Of a stretch of DNA of 64,000 nucleotides, positions 49,450-58,898 are shown piece after piece. Position 1 is the stretch's first letter. Every line of letters starts with the position of its first letter. A program made the translations under genes and the position numbers. The stretch lies in contig JAUQPB010000001.1 in NCBI GenBank assembly GCA_030550585.1, forward strand, positions 96,001-160,000. Direction: 5' to 3'. Source of the DNA: Thermoproteota archaeon. Its GTDB lineage: Archaea; Thermoproteota; Thermoprotei_A; Sulfolobales; Ignisphaeraceae. The notes below the pieces were generated by a model. It was not told where the DNA came from and did no database searches. It saw only the letters and a list, made by a program, of their open reading frames with translations.

Positions 49450-51312
49450 TTAGAGCATTTCAATGATTTCTCTGGACATGTCTCTCCTAGTGTTGAATTC
49501 TGCTATTCTTCCGCTGTTCCACGCTTTCACAGGTCTGTAGTAACCCACTATTCTGCTCCACATGTCAAGTGGTTTTCCGCAGCTTGGGCATTTCGATGCT
49601 CTTCCAACTGTTCTGTAGCCGCAGGATGGGCAGACAGCGACTGTTGGTGTTATAGACATGTATACTATGTCCGTGTCTCTAAGTGTTCTAGTCACAAACT
49701 TTGCTACTGCTTCTGGCGGTAGCTCTCTATCAACGAATATGTGCTTTATTACACCGCCTGTGAACAGCTTTTGGCACTTGGACTCTATCTCAAGCTGCCA
49801 CCTCAGATGGAGTGTTGTGTATGGCGGTGTGAGCTGGTTTGTGTAGAACGGTGCCTTCCTCCCATCCACTTCGCCAACTGGTATGTATGCCGATAGGTCT
49901 TCTGATGTGCTGAGACTCTTTGCAAACTCTATGTCTTTCCACGCCAGTTTGACTCCAAGCGTCTCCCCCGGAACCTCCTCCACGTTGTACAGGACGTTGT
50001 CCTCCTCCTCAAACTCCGAAAGCCTCTTGCTGATGTAGCTCAGAACATCTGTGTACAGCTTGACTATCTTCGGTATGTCGCTTGGCTGTGCATTGAACCA
50101 GAAGAACGGGTCTCCAAGCATTATAGAGACATATTCAGCCATTCCAATGACCCCCACTGTGTTGTAGTAGAATTTGAATGGGTCTACAGGGTCTATATAC
50201 TCTCTCGTCATTGGATACATACCCATTGCAAAGAGCTTTTGGTACCTCGCCCTAAACCACATTAGAGTTGCCCTAGAGATCTCTAGAAGCTGGTCGAGTT
50301 TGTCAAGCATCTTAGAGTCGTCGGATGTCCTAGCAATCATTGCGAGTCTAGGCAGGTTGATGACAACAACGTTTACAGAGCCTACAGATGGTGGCATGTC
50401 CCAGACCCCCTTCGCCTGGTGAAGAACCTCTCTAACCCTGCCCATGTCCGATAGAAGCCTGCAGCAGAAGCTGAATATGTCCTCAGCCTTGGTGTTGTAG
50501 CCGTTTAGGAAGTACATCTGACCTGTTTTAGCAACCATTGACCAGTAGGCTCTCCAAAGCTCTGGGTCGCTCTCAAGAATCTTCTCCATATCCTTATTCA
50601 TAATGGTTGTCGGTATTGGGAATGTGAATGGCTGGTGAACAGCATCGCCCTCAGCAAAAACCTCTGCAAAAGCCTTTACAACCAGCTTAGCCTCATCCAA
50701 AAAGCTCTCATAGGTTTCTGGAGACGACAGTCTGAACCTCTGCCCAGATGATGAAACCGGCTGCCTCACATAGAACCTGTTGCTAGCAGCAAAGACAATG
50801 TTTGAGAAGGGGCTCTGACCACTCTTCAGCGGATAGTTCAAATTGAATATGAACCTCTGGATGTTCTGCCTTACCAATTTGTAGTCCAAGCCATCCCCTC
50901 TTATGAATGGCGATAACACAACGTCTATGCCGTAGAGGCCGACAGCGCCTGTCCTCTCCTGGCTGAAGATATAAACAGCGTTTACAAGCTGGTCAACAGC
51001 AGAGTCTAGGTGTTTTGGAGGCTTTGAAACGACCGTGGGGGTTCTAAGACCCTTTTCAAGAATCGGTCTAGAATCGAGGCCTCCGCAATAAGGTCTTATA
51101 ATTGAGCCATCCCTAAGCTTGTAGATATATATCCAGCCCTCTTCATGTAGAATCAGAGATGACCTGGGAAGAATCCCAGTAGCCTCCTCATAGATTGCAG
51201 AACCTAGTACATGGGCCATTAAACCAGATATTGATACAGGCACATTCGCGTTGTCTCTAACAGCCCACTCCGAACCATTTAAATATTCCTCTATTAGAGA
51301 CTGTCTAGACAA
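49450..51312 (-). CDS. nrdD: Class III anaerobic ribonucleoside-triphosphate reductase
   Basis: YCGG, QSPFSN, PFTFPIPT, CCRL, INLPRL, zinc-site CxxC pairs, SRIVGYY glycyl-radical loop; TTG start after AGGTG. Confidence 0.93.
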   Translation of the reverse strand: MSRQSLIEEYLNGSEWAVRDNANVPVSISGLMAHVLGSAIYEEATGILPRSSLILHEEGWIYIYKLRDGSIIRPYCGGLDSRPILEKGLRTPTVVSKPPKHLDSAVDQLVNAVYIFSQERTGAVGLYGIDVVLSPFIRGDGLDYKLVRQNIQRFIFNLNYPLKSGQSPFSNIVFAASNRFYVRQPVSSSGQRFRLSSPETYESFLDEAKLVVKAFAEVFAEGDAVHQPFTFPIPTTIMNKDMEKILESDPELWRAYWSMVAKTGQMYFLNGYNTKAEDIFSFCCRLLSDMGRVREVLHQAKGVWDMPPSVGSVNVVVINLPRLAMIARTSDDSKMLDKLDQLLEISRATLMWFRARYQKLFAMGMYPMTREYIDPVDPFKFYYNTVGVIGMAEYVSIMLGDPFFWFNAQPSDIPKIVKLYTDVLSYISKRLSEFEEEDNVLYNVEEVPGETLGVKLAWKDIEFAKSLSTSEDLSAYIPVGEVDGRKAPFYTNQLTPPYTTLHLRWQLEIESKCQKLFTGGVIKHIFVDRELPPEAVAKFVTRTLRDTDIVYMSITPTVAVCPSCGYRTVGRASKCPSCGKPLDMWSRIVGYYRPVKAWNSGRIAEFNTRRDMSREIIEML

Positions 51313-51535
51313 TTCAATACACCTTAGCAACACTTATTTTTTGTTTGTACACATTTTGATTCACACACATAATCATTCCTCTACTGCTTTCAACATAGCC
51401 ATAGTAATATCCTAGTATTATAGGGGTTGAGAGGGATTATATTCAAAGAGAGTTTACCGAATCTGTAATTTGCTCCAAAACCGGGCAATCAAGCTCTGTA
51501 TAGCCTTCTACAATTTGCTATAATGCTGTGAGCTT

Positions 51536-52081
51536 CTAGCCGTGTTTTGCAAGACCCCCCTTCTTATTCTCTTCACTACAAATCTCTTTTGAAACAGACT
51601 CTACGAGATCTTGCGGCTCATCAAAGATCTTTATTTCTGCCAAGGCTCTTCTGTCTATATACGGTGCTAGAAGCTCTATTTTATCGCTTGAAAGCCCTGA
51701 TTTCAGAACATATACGGGCTTCCCCTCTGTGTAACTGGTTACTATCTCTTGTATTGTGCCGCCTTCCCCACCTAGAGCTATTAATGCATCACATGATCTA
51801 ACCATAAACACGCTTCTAACTCTATAGTCAGCGCCAGGCTTGATCACAATAGCTTCTTCTGGGAACTTCGTATCTTCTCCCGCAATCGGAGACACTATAA
51901 CAACCGGAAGACCTAGAGCAATAGCCCTGTCGACAACGTGTTTCATAAGCCCCCAGTAACCGCCAATAATAATAGCCAACCTGCTACACGTCTCTTTTAA
52001 AAGGTCGACAACCCTGATAGCTCTTAGAACAACTTCTTGGCTAGGTTCTTCACTATAGGCTGCAAAACATATTTGCTTCAT
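51536..52081 (-). CDS. LOG/SLOG-family nucleotide-binding protein
   Basis: GGYWGLM, RSVFMV, GGEGGTIQE, GKPV. Confidence 0.85.
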   Translation of the reverse strand: MKQICFAAYSEEPSQEVVLRAIRVVDLLKETCSRLAIIIGGYWGLMKHVVDRAIALGLPVVIVSPIAGEDTKFPEEAIVIKPGADYRVRSVFMVRSCDALIALGGEGGTIQEIVTSYTEGKPVYVLKSGLSSDKIELLAPYIDRRALAEIKIFDEPQDLVESVSKEICSEENKKGGLAKHG

Positions 52082-52235
52082 ATTATCAAACCTCTACCAA
52101 CACAAAAACTTTGGCAACAGAGTTTAGAAGAGTTAGAAAGGTCTTCGCCGCTAAAAAACATTCTGCATTTCTATCATTTTGTTGAGTATGTCCTACCAAA
52201 GCATAGAGTACAGTTCTTTAGCATGAATATAAATC

Positions 52236-52445
52236 CTACATGTATCCCTCCTTTATCTCCTTCCTAATTTTGTGTATGACTGCATATATGCCTAAGACGG
52301 TTATGACCATCAATATTGCCGTCATTTGCAACATAAAGCCAAAGTCTCCTTTGGACATATAGTACCATATGACAAAGATTTCTAGAAGAAGTGCCCATAC
52401 CAAAACAGTTAAAAAATATCTTTGTTGCTCTGCAGCTATACTCAT
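52236..52445 (-). CDS. Small two-TM membrane protein
   Basis: Two hydrophobic helices, basic C-terminus; TAATG stop/start overlap with the upstream ATPase. Confidence 0.65.
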   Translation of the reverse strand: MSIAAEQQRYFLTVLVWALLLEIFVIWYYMSKGDFGFMLQMTAILMVITVLGIYAVIHKIRKEIKEGYM

Positions 52446-53251
52446 TACTCCCACGTCCATTTCCTATACAATGTGGGGACGCTTTCAAGCAGACGCTTGG
52501 TGTATTCGTGCTTCGGGTTTTTAAGTAGTTCGTCAGGAGGCCCCATGTCAACTATTTTGCCTTTGTACATGACGAAGATTCTGTCTGACACATAGTATGC
52601 CAATCCCATGTCATGGGTTATGAATATTGTTGATGTTCTGTAATCTTCTCGCAAGTCGATGAAAAGCTTTATTATGGCTCCTCTCATGGATGCGTCTATC
52701 ATGGAAACAGGTTCATCGGCTATGATAAGCTTTGGTTTTAGCAGCCAACATCTTGCAATCATGATTCTTTGTCTCTGCCCTCCAGATAGTTGGTGAGGAT
52801 ATTTTCCGAGAACATCCTCTGGAACTAGACCAACATATGATAGTGCTTCTCTTATTAGTTTCCTGCCCTCATTAGATGACGGATCTATGCCTATAAGTTC
52901 CAGCGCCTGGTTAAGAACCCTGTCAATTGTGTAGACAGGGTTGTAGCTTGCGTATGGGTCTTGGAAAACTGCGTGCACGTTTCTCCAATACATTTTTAAT
53001 TCTTCTTTAGAGCGTATAGCCCTCCAAATATCCTTTCCATTGAATTTTATAACTCCACTTGTTGGGGGAAGCAATCTTAGTATCATCTTAGCTGTTGTTG
53101 TTTTCCCCGATCCACTCTCTCCTACGAGTGATATCACCTCCCCTTCTTTAACATCAAATGAAACGTTGTCGACGGCTACAATCCTTCTCTTTCTTACGAA
53201 TCCTGCTTCATATATTTTTGTCAGGTTTTTTACTTCTAGAATTGTGCTCAT
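52445..53251 (-). CDS. Opp/Dpp-family ABC ATPase (OppF-like)
   Basis: GESGSGKT, QDPY, LSGGQRQR, ADEP, ITHD. Confidence 0.93.
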   Translation of the reverse strand: MSTILEVKNLTKIYEAGFVRKRRIVAVDNVSFDVKEGEVISLVGESGSGKTTTAKMILRLLPPTSGVIKFNGKDIWRAIRSKEELKMYWRNVHAVFQDPYASYNPVYTIDRVLNQALELIGIDPSSNEGRKLIREALSYVGLVPEDVLGKYPHQLSGGQRQRIMIARCWLLKPKLIIADEPVSMIDASMRGAIIKLFIDLREDYRTSTIFITHDMGLAYYVSDRIFVMYKGKIVDMGPPDELLKNPKHEYTKRLLESVPTLYRKWTWE

Positions 53252-53262
53252 GTGGTCTCACC

Positions 53263-54267
53263 TCACTTTTTTGCATAAAGCCAGCATGCAACAAAACGCC
53301 CCTTCTCAACCTCTATCATAGGCGGCTCCTCCCTCCTACAAACATCCATTGCATATGGGCACCTAGGGTGGAACCTACAGCCTAAGGGTGGGTTAGACAG
53401 ATCTGGTGGTTGTCCTGGGATATATTTCAACCCTCGTTTTCTCACCTCCTCTTCTGGCGTTAGGACAGAGCCCATTAACCCATCTGTGTATGGGTGAAGA
53501 GGCTTCCCTATAACATCTTCGATTGGCCCATCCTCAACTATTTTACCAGCATACATAACAACTATCCTGGTTGCTAACTGCCTTACGGTTGCAATATCAT
53601 GTGTTATGAATATGATGCTTTTTATAATATTCTTTTTGTATACATCCAAAAAGGTCTTTAAAACCATCTTTTGTGTAACAACATCAAGTGCTGATGTGGG
53701 CTCGTCGGCTATGAGAAGCCTTGGATTCAGAAGAGTTGCTATTGCTATCACGGCCCTCTGTCTCATACCACCCGACAATTCAAATGGGTACATGTTTATA
53801 GCCATTTCAGGTAATCCCAGCTCCTTGAATCTCTTTAAAGCAAGTCCAATGACCTCATCTTCATCTGCATTAGGATCATGGGATTTTACAACATCTAAAA
53901 TTATCCTTCTAATTCTTAGTGTAGGCATTAGAGCGTTTAAGGCTGCTTGTGGTATGACGGCTATCTCTCTTCCCCACACCCTCTCTTTCAAAAAGTCTCT
54001 GCCAAGCTTTTGAAGTTCTAAAACACCGTCCTGGGCATATAGCTTTACGGATCCACCAGCAAAAAACAGTGGAGGTCTAATATTCATCATAATAACATTC
54101 GCAAGCGTTGATTTGCCACATCCACTCTCTCCAACAATACCAACAATCTCACCTTCAAACACCTTGAGAGATACTCCATCAACAGCTCTGATAATTCTTT
54201 GAATAGGTCCTATGACTTGTCTGTAATATGCCCTCACATCGCTTAACTCCATTAGTGGTTTACTCAT
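53263..54267 (-). CDS. Opp/Dpp-family ABC ATPase (OppD-like)
   Basis: GESGCGKS, LSGGMRQR, HPYT, GCRFHPRCP...C. Confidence 0.93.
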   Translation of the reverse strand: MSKPLMELSDVRAYYRQVIGPIQRIIRAVDGVSLKVFEGEIVGIVGESGCGKSTLANVIMMNIRPPLFFAGGSVKLYAQDGVLELQKLGRDFLKERVWGREIAVIPQAALNALMPTLRIRRIILDVVKSHDPNADEDEVIGLALKRFKELGLPEMAINMYPFELSGGMRQRAVIAIATLLNPRLLIADEPTSALDVVTQKMVLKTFLDVYKKNIIKSIIFITHDIATVRQLATRIVVMYAGKIVEDGPIEDVIGKPLHPYTDGLMGSVLTPEEEVRKRGLKYIPGQPPDLSNPPLGCRFHPRCPYAMDVCRREEPPMIEVEKGRFVACWLYAKK

Positions 54268-54356
54268 AAACTACACCATAAAATCTGTTTAACAAGTTTG
54301 TATATAAAGTTTTAAGAGGTTATACAAATTAAGTGCTTCATACCCTTTCATCTTTT

Positions 54357-55874
54357 TCATCTCGCTAATATAGCTGCCTCAGCAATCTTCTGCTCTGTAG
54401 CCTCACCTCTACTAAACTCTGCAACAATCGTGCCATTCCTCATAACAAGTATTCTATCACTCATATTCAGAACCTCTGGGAGCTCCGAGGATATTAGAAT
54501 TATTGCCTTGCCCTCCTTTGCAGCTTCAACCATAAGCTTTCTAATTTCCACCTTTGCCCCAACATCAACGCCATGTGTAGGCTCATCAAGTATTAGAACC
54601 TTTGCTCCAGTAGCCAAAAGCTTTGCTATGGCGACCTTCTGCCTGTTTCCTCCACTAAGATACATTGTTCTTCTATGGGGATCTCTTGGAACTATTCTAA
54701 GCCTTTCGATGAAGGAGCTGGCAATTTGATGCTCTTTCCTCAGATTGATGGGCGATATTAGCCCCATTTCAAAGATTTTTAAGGAGCTTGCTATTGGAAG
54801 CGATATATTCTCTTTAATGCTCATGAGATATACCAAGGCCTGTCTCCAATCCTCAGGCAGATACACAATGCCATTTGCAATCGCATCAGAAGGCTTCTTT
54901 ATGTCTACAACCTTGCCTTCCAAGATGATCTCGCCTGAGGCCCTAGGTCTATAGCCTATTAGTGTTTGCGCCATTTCTGTTCTTCCAGAACCTACAATGC
55001 CATATATCCCCAGTATCTCTCCTCTTCTAACATAGAACGACACATTCTTTATGAAGCCAGTTGCATCGGAGAGGTTCCTAACCTCAAGAATCTTATCGCC
55101 TATCTCTACATGCTCCTTTGGGAAAAACTCCCTAACTTCCCTAGCTATCATAGCCTTTATAATCTCATTCATATCGAATTGCTCCTTCGAAAACTCCTTA
55201 ACTATCTCTCCATCCCTCATAACAACTATTCTATCAGCAACCCTCATAACTTCTTCGATTTTGTGGCTAACAAAAATTATTGATATGCCCATCGACCTTA
55301 ACTTCAACATTAACTTGAGCAGCTGCTCTACTTCGAATGGCCCCAGCGCTGACGTGGGCTCATCAAAGGCAACCAGCTTTGCCTTGAAATACAATGCTCT
55401 GGCAATCAATGTTATTTGGGCTACTGCAGCTCCAACATCCTTCCCCTTTATCCTCGGATCAATATCTATACCAAGTTCCTTAAACAATTGTCGTGCAATC
55501 TCTATCTCCTCAGACTCTGACTTTGGACTAAACAACCAGCCTTTTTCTGTACCGAGAAATATGTTCTCCGCCAAAGACAAATTCCAAACCAATACGATAT
55601 CTTGTGGTATGTACATAATACCATGTTTTAGCGCTTCCAACGGAGACGAAAATTCAACTGTTCTTCCAAGCCAAGTTATTTTGCCACTATCCTTCCTTAT
55701 AACCCCTGTCAAAATTTTTAAAAGAGTTGATTTTCCCGCACCATTTTCTCCAACGAGCCCAAGAATCTCGGCCTCTCTAACCTTCATAGAAACGTTCCTT
55801 ACTGCAACAACACCGGGAAACCTTTTCCAAATATTTTCAGCCGATAAAATAACTCTTTTCTCGTTCAACTGCAT
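54357..55874 (-). CDS. CUT2 monosaccharide ABC ATPase (RbsA-like, two NBDs)
   Basis: GENGAGKST, DEPT, LSGGNRQK, DEPTHGVDVGAK, SSELPE. Confidence 0.93.
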   Translation of the reverse strand: MQLNEKRVILSAENIWKRFPGVVAVRNVSMKVREAEILGLVGENGAGKSTLLKILTGVIRKDSGKITWLGRTVEFSSPLEALKHGIMYIPQDIVLVWNLSLAENIFLGTEKGWLFSPKSESEEIEIARQLFKELGIDIDPRIKGKDVGAAVAQITLIARALYFKAKLVAFDEPTSALGPFEVEQLLKLMLKLRSMGISIIFVSHKIEEVMRVADRIVVMRDGEIVKEFSKEQFDMNEIIKAMIAREVREFFPKEHVEIGDKILEVRNLSDATGFIKNVSFYVRRGEILGIYGIVGSGRTEMAQTLIGYRPRASGEIILEGKVVDIKKPSDAIANGIVYLPEDWRQALVYLMSIKENISLPIASSLKIFEMGLISPINLRKEHQIASSFIERLRIVPRDPHRRTMYLSGGNRQKVAIAKLLATGAKVLILDEPTHGVDVGAKVEIRKLMVEAAKEGKAIILISSELPEVLNMSDRILVMRNGTIVAEFSRGEATEQKIAEAAILAR

Positions 55875-55916
55875 CACTTTAACAGTTATTTTGCTGGTTG
55901 CTATCCAGTATTGAAA

Positions 55917-55941
55917 GTTGAAAAGCTTAAATTTTTTCAAC
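55917..55941. promoter_or_regulatory. Inverted repeat bracketing a TATA-like core in the divergent sugar-ABC promoter
   Basis: GTTGAAAA-GCTTAAATT-TTTTCAAC. Confidence 0.45.
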
Positions 55942-55975
55942 ATTCTAAATCTCTTATTGCCTAGAGGTTGTAGCA

Positions 55976-56941
55976 ATGAGCGTGAGGTTAGAGGATATAG
56001 TAAGGGGCAGGGTAACACTATTCAATATATTCATAGCAATAGTGGTAATAGCTATTATAACAGGCTTCATAAACCCCAAGTTTTGGGAGCCTGGCAACTG
56101 GCAAGCTCTTCTAACATGGTATCTAGGTCTTAGTGTCTTGGCTATGGGAGAGTCAATGGTTTTAATAACTGGTGGTATAGACCTATCTGTAGGATCAATA
56201 GCATCTGCCTCATCTATGCTCCTAGCAATAGCTTTGGATAGATGGGGCCTTCCTCTAGCCCTTTCAATAGTATTTGTATTAATAGTCACCACATTAATAG
56301 GAATGTTTCACGGGTTTTTCGTAAGTATATTCTCACCTCCACTACCGCAAATAATGCCGGCATTCATAATCACGTTAGCCGATAACATATTTTGGGGAGG
56401 ATTTGCAACAGCAATTACACTAGGATGGCCAATACCGCTATATAAATACTCAGATCTATCGGTTATAGCAACTCCATGGATGCTAGCCTTAATACTCATT
56501 ATAGTAGCAGTTATATCAATCTATATCCAGAGATATAGCATCATAGGTAGATACATATATGCAATAGGCGGAAACATAGAGGCGGCAAGACTAAGTGGAG
56601 TTCCCATCAACAAGACCAGAGTCTTTGCCTATAGCTATAGCGCTCTATGCGCAGGTATTGCAGGGATAATATTTACAGCTCTAATGATGACAGGATACCC
56701 AGGTGTTGGAAGAGGACAAGAACTCTACGCCATAGCGTCAAACGCTATAGGTGGGGTTAGCCTAGCTGGCGGAGAGGGAATAGCTCTAGGCGCAGCAATA
56801 GGCGCTTTTCTAATAACATTAATTAGAAATGCCCTTGTACTAAGCGGCGTCACACCATATTGGTATGACCCAATTACTGGTGTCATACTTGGTGTTGCTG
56901 TTACAATAGACTTGTATAGAAGAGTTAGAGGAGTTAGGTAA
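55976..56941 (+). CDS. CUT2 sugar ABC permease (RbsC-like)
   Basis: GGIDLSVG, PAFIITL, GRYIYAIGGNIEAARLSG, GGVSLAGG. Confidence 0.93.
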   Translation: MSVRLEDIVRGRVTLFNIFIAIVVIAIITGFINPKFWEPGNWQALLTWYLGLSVLAMGESMVLITGGIDLSVGSIASASSMLLAIALDRWGLPLALSIVFVLIVTTLIGMFHGFFVSIFSPPLPQIMPAFIITLADNIFWGGFATAITLGWPIPLYKYSDLSVIATPWMLALILIIVAVISIYIQRYSIIGRYIYAIGGNIEAARLSGVPINKTRVFAYSYSALCAGIAGIIFTALMMTGYPGVGRGQELYAIASNAIGGVSLAGGEGIALGAAIGAFLITLIRNALVLSGVTPYWYDPITGVILGVAVTIDLYRRVRGVR

Positions 56942-57035
56942 TATACAGAGTTATATCTACCACTTAAGCATAAAAATATAGACTTTTAAACCAGGTTTTA
57001 CAGCTATACTAAATTGGCTAAATTGGGGGTGGCAA

Positions 57036-58178
57036 ATGAAAGGAATAACAAAGACAACTTTAATAGTAATTGTAGTGGCGATCATAGTTATTGCAGTTGC
57101 TGGTGGCTTAGGTGCATGGTGGTGGCTTTCCCACCAACAGCCAAAGCCCAGCAAGCTTGTATTTGTTGTGATAGGCAAATCTGTACACCCGTATTGGTCT
57201 GTTGTCGAGGCTGGCGTGAAGAAGGCTGGTCAAGAGCTTGGTGTTGACGCTATTTTCTGGGTTCCACAGAAGGAGGATGTGCAGGCCCAGTTGAGCACCA
57301 TGGATTCTTACATTGCTCAGAAGGTTGCAGGAATAGCTATTGCACCATCTGACCCAAGTGCTGCAACGCCATATATTAACAAGGCTATTCAGCAGGGGAT
57401 TCCTGTAATAACGATAGATACCGATGCCCCGCAGTCAAATAGGTATGCGTATCTCGGAACAGGCAACTATAAAGCTGGTTGGCTAGCAGGGCTAGTGGCA
57501 TGGCAATTAGCCAAGGAAAAAGGGTATATAAAGCCTGGGGCAACAATAAAGGTAGCTATGTTAACAGGTTCTCTAACTGCTATGAACTCCCTTGAGAGAA
57601 TGGCAGGATTCAAAGATGCTATAATGAACTGTTCTCAAAAAGACCCCGATATAAAGGGCAACATCAATATTATTTGGCTTGGACCTTACAATGACCAGGA
57701 GGATCCAACACAAGCACTAAACTTAGCGCTATCTGCTATTCAAGCCAATCCTGATCTAACAATAGCATTCGGGGTATATGCTTACGACGGTCCAGCATGG
57801 GCAAAGGCTCTGCAACAAGCTGGTGTACCGCCGGGGAAGGTGATTCTAGTCGAATTCGATGTCACATCAGATAATGTTCCACCACTTCAACAGGGCTACG
57901 CGCTTGTTACTGTTGCTCAGAGACAGTATTTCATGGGCTACTATGGGGTAAAGCTACTATACAATATGACTAAGTATGGTGTTGACAACGCACTCAAGAA
58001 CTTCATACCTGGCTATCCAAACAACAAGATATACGATACTGGCGTAGACCTCGTTGGAACACAGCACATGGAATTCACAGCACCAACAGGAGAGAAGATC
58101 ACCGTGGTATCTCTAAGCGAATACAAGCAGATTGTGCAGAACCTTGGCATAGACCCGTCGCTTCTTGGGTTAAGCTAA
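57036..58178 (+). CDS. CUT2 sugar-binding protein with N-terminal membrane anchor
   Basis: Hydrophobic anchor; HPYW, IAPSD, IDTD, GTGNY, ERMAGF. Confidence 0.9.
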   Translation: MKGITKTTLIVIVVAIIVIAVAGGLGAWWWLSHQQPKPSKLVFVVIGKSVHPYWSVVEAGVKKAGQELGVDAIFWVPQKEDVQAQLSTMDSYIAQKVAGIAIAPSDPSAATPYINKAIQQGIPVITIDTDAPQSNRYAYLGTGNYKAGWLAGLVAWQLAKEKGYIKPGATIKVAMLTGSLTAMNSLERMAGFKDAIMNCSQKDPDIKGNINIIWLGPYNDQEDPTQALNLALSAIQANPDLTIAFGVYAYDGPAWAKALQQAGVPPGKVILVEFDVTSDNVPPLQQGYALVTVAQRQYFMGYYGVKLLYNMTKYGVDNALKNFIPGYPNNKIYDTGVDLVGTQHMEFTAPTGEKITVVSLSEYKQIVQNLGIDPSLLGLS

Positions 58179-58190
58179 ATCAAATCTCTA

Positions 58191-58197
58191 TTTTTTT
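58191..58197 (+). terminator. Oligo-T terminator candidate
   Basis: T7 tract 12 nt after the stop. Confidence 0.5.
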
Positions 58198-58230
58198 AAA
58201 TTATCTTTGGTATATTATTCGCCTCGATTG

Positions 58231-58284
58231 CTTCAGAGCTACTCCGGTTTCATCACAGTTCATTGCCATCGCCACTCATCATCT
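58231..58284 (-). ncRNA. Box C/D guide sRNA (sR-D)
   Basis: Minus strand ATGATGA-GTGGCGATGGCA-ATGA-ACTG-TGATGA-AACCGGAGTAGCT-CTGA; CTTATATA TATA-like element about 25-30 nt upstream. Confidence 0.87.
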
Positions 58285-58361
58285 AAAACAATGGTATTCT
58301 TGTCTGCTATATAAGGTTTAAAGAACTGGATATGCTAATGGTTTTGTAGCTTTGAGTATCT

Positions 58362-58898
58362 GTGCGAGTGGTTGTCTTGAGTTGTAGTAGCAGCGATAAA
58401 AAATGTTATGTGTATGTGCCTCGACCCATTTGCGGTGTGTTTAGTGGTAAGGGGGAGGTGTATAGACGTCTAAATAATTCGTGTATACAGGTAAACACCG
58501 CCAATGTCCAGGGGGTTGTAGTGAGTCTCGAAAATGGTATAAGGGCTTTTGCTGAAGGTTTTAATGAAATAGCACAGTGCATTATTACTATAAGGGGCTG
58601 TGGTGGAACGTCAATAGCTATCGTGTTTGATGGTAGGAAAAAGATTTTTTATGGTGTTCTAGATGCTCTCTACACCAACAGCGATCTTGGTAAAATAGTT
58701 GATGTGGTTCTAGATTTCTTGGGCAGAAGCACGCAGATTGGCTGTTTGAAGGAGTTGAAAGCTGTTTACACCATTGCTGATGAGGCTATAAAGCTGAGGT
58801 TTAGATGTAGATTCGATTTAAATGTGCTGAAAGCTATAATACTTGATGCTATCTTCTTGGCATTCTTCTTTGCTAATATACAAATCCTTCAAGTCTAA
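58362..58898 (+). CDS. Hypothetical Cys-rich protein
   Basis: 178-aa ORF filling the gap; overlaps the tldD-like 3' end by 26 nt; no recognised family. Confidence 0.5.
   Translation: MRVVVLSCSSSDKKCYVYVPRPICGVFSGKGEVYRRLNNSCIQVNTANVQGVVVSLENGIRAFAEGFNEIAQCIITIRGCGGTSIAIVFDGRKKIFYGVLDALYTNSDLGKIVDVVLDFLGRSTQIGCLKELKAVYTIADEAIKLRFRCRFDLNVLKAIILDAIFLAFFFANIQILQV

Noticed and set aside
55051-55914. 287-aa plus-strand ORF
   Set aside because: Antisense to the RbsA-like ATPase; no motifs
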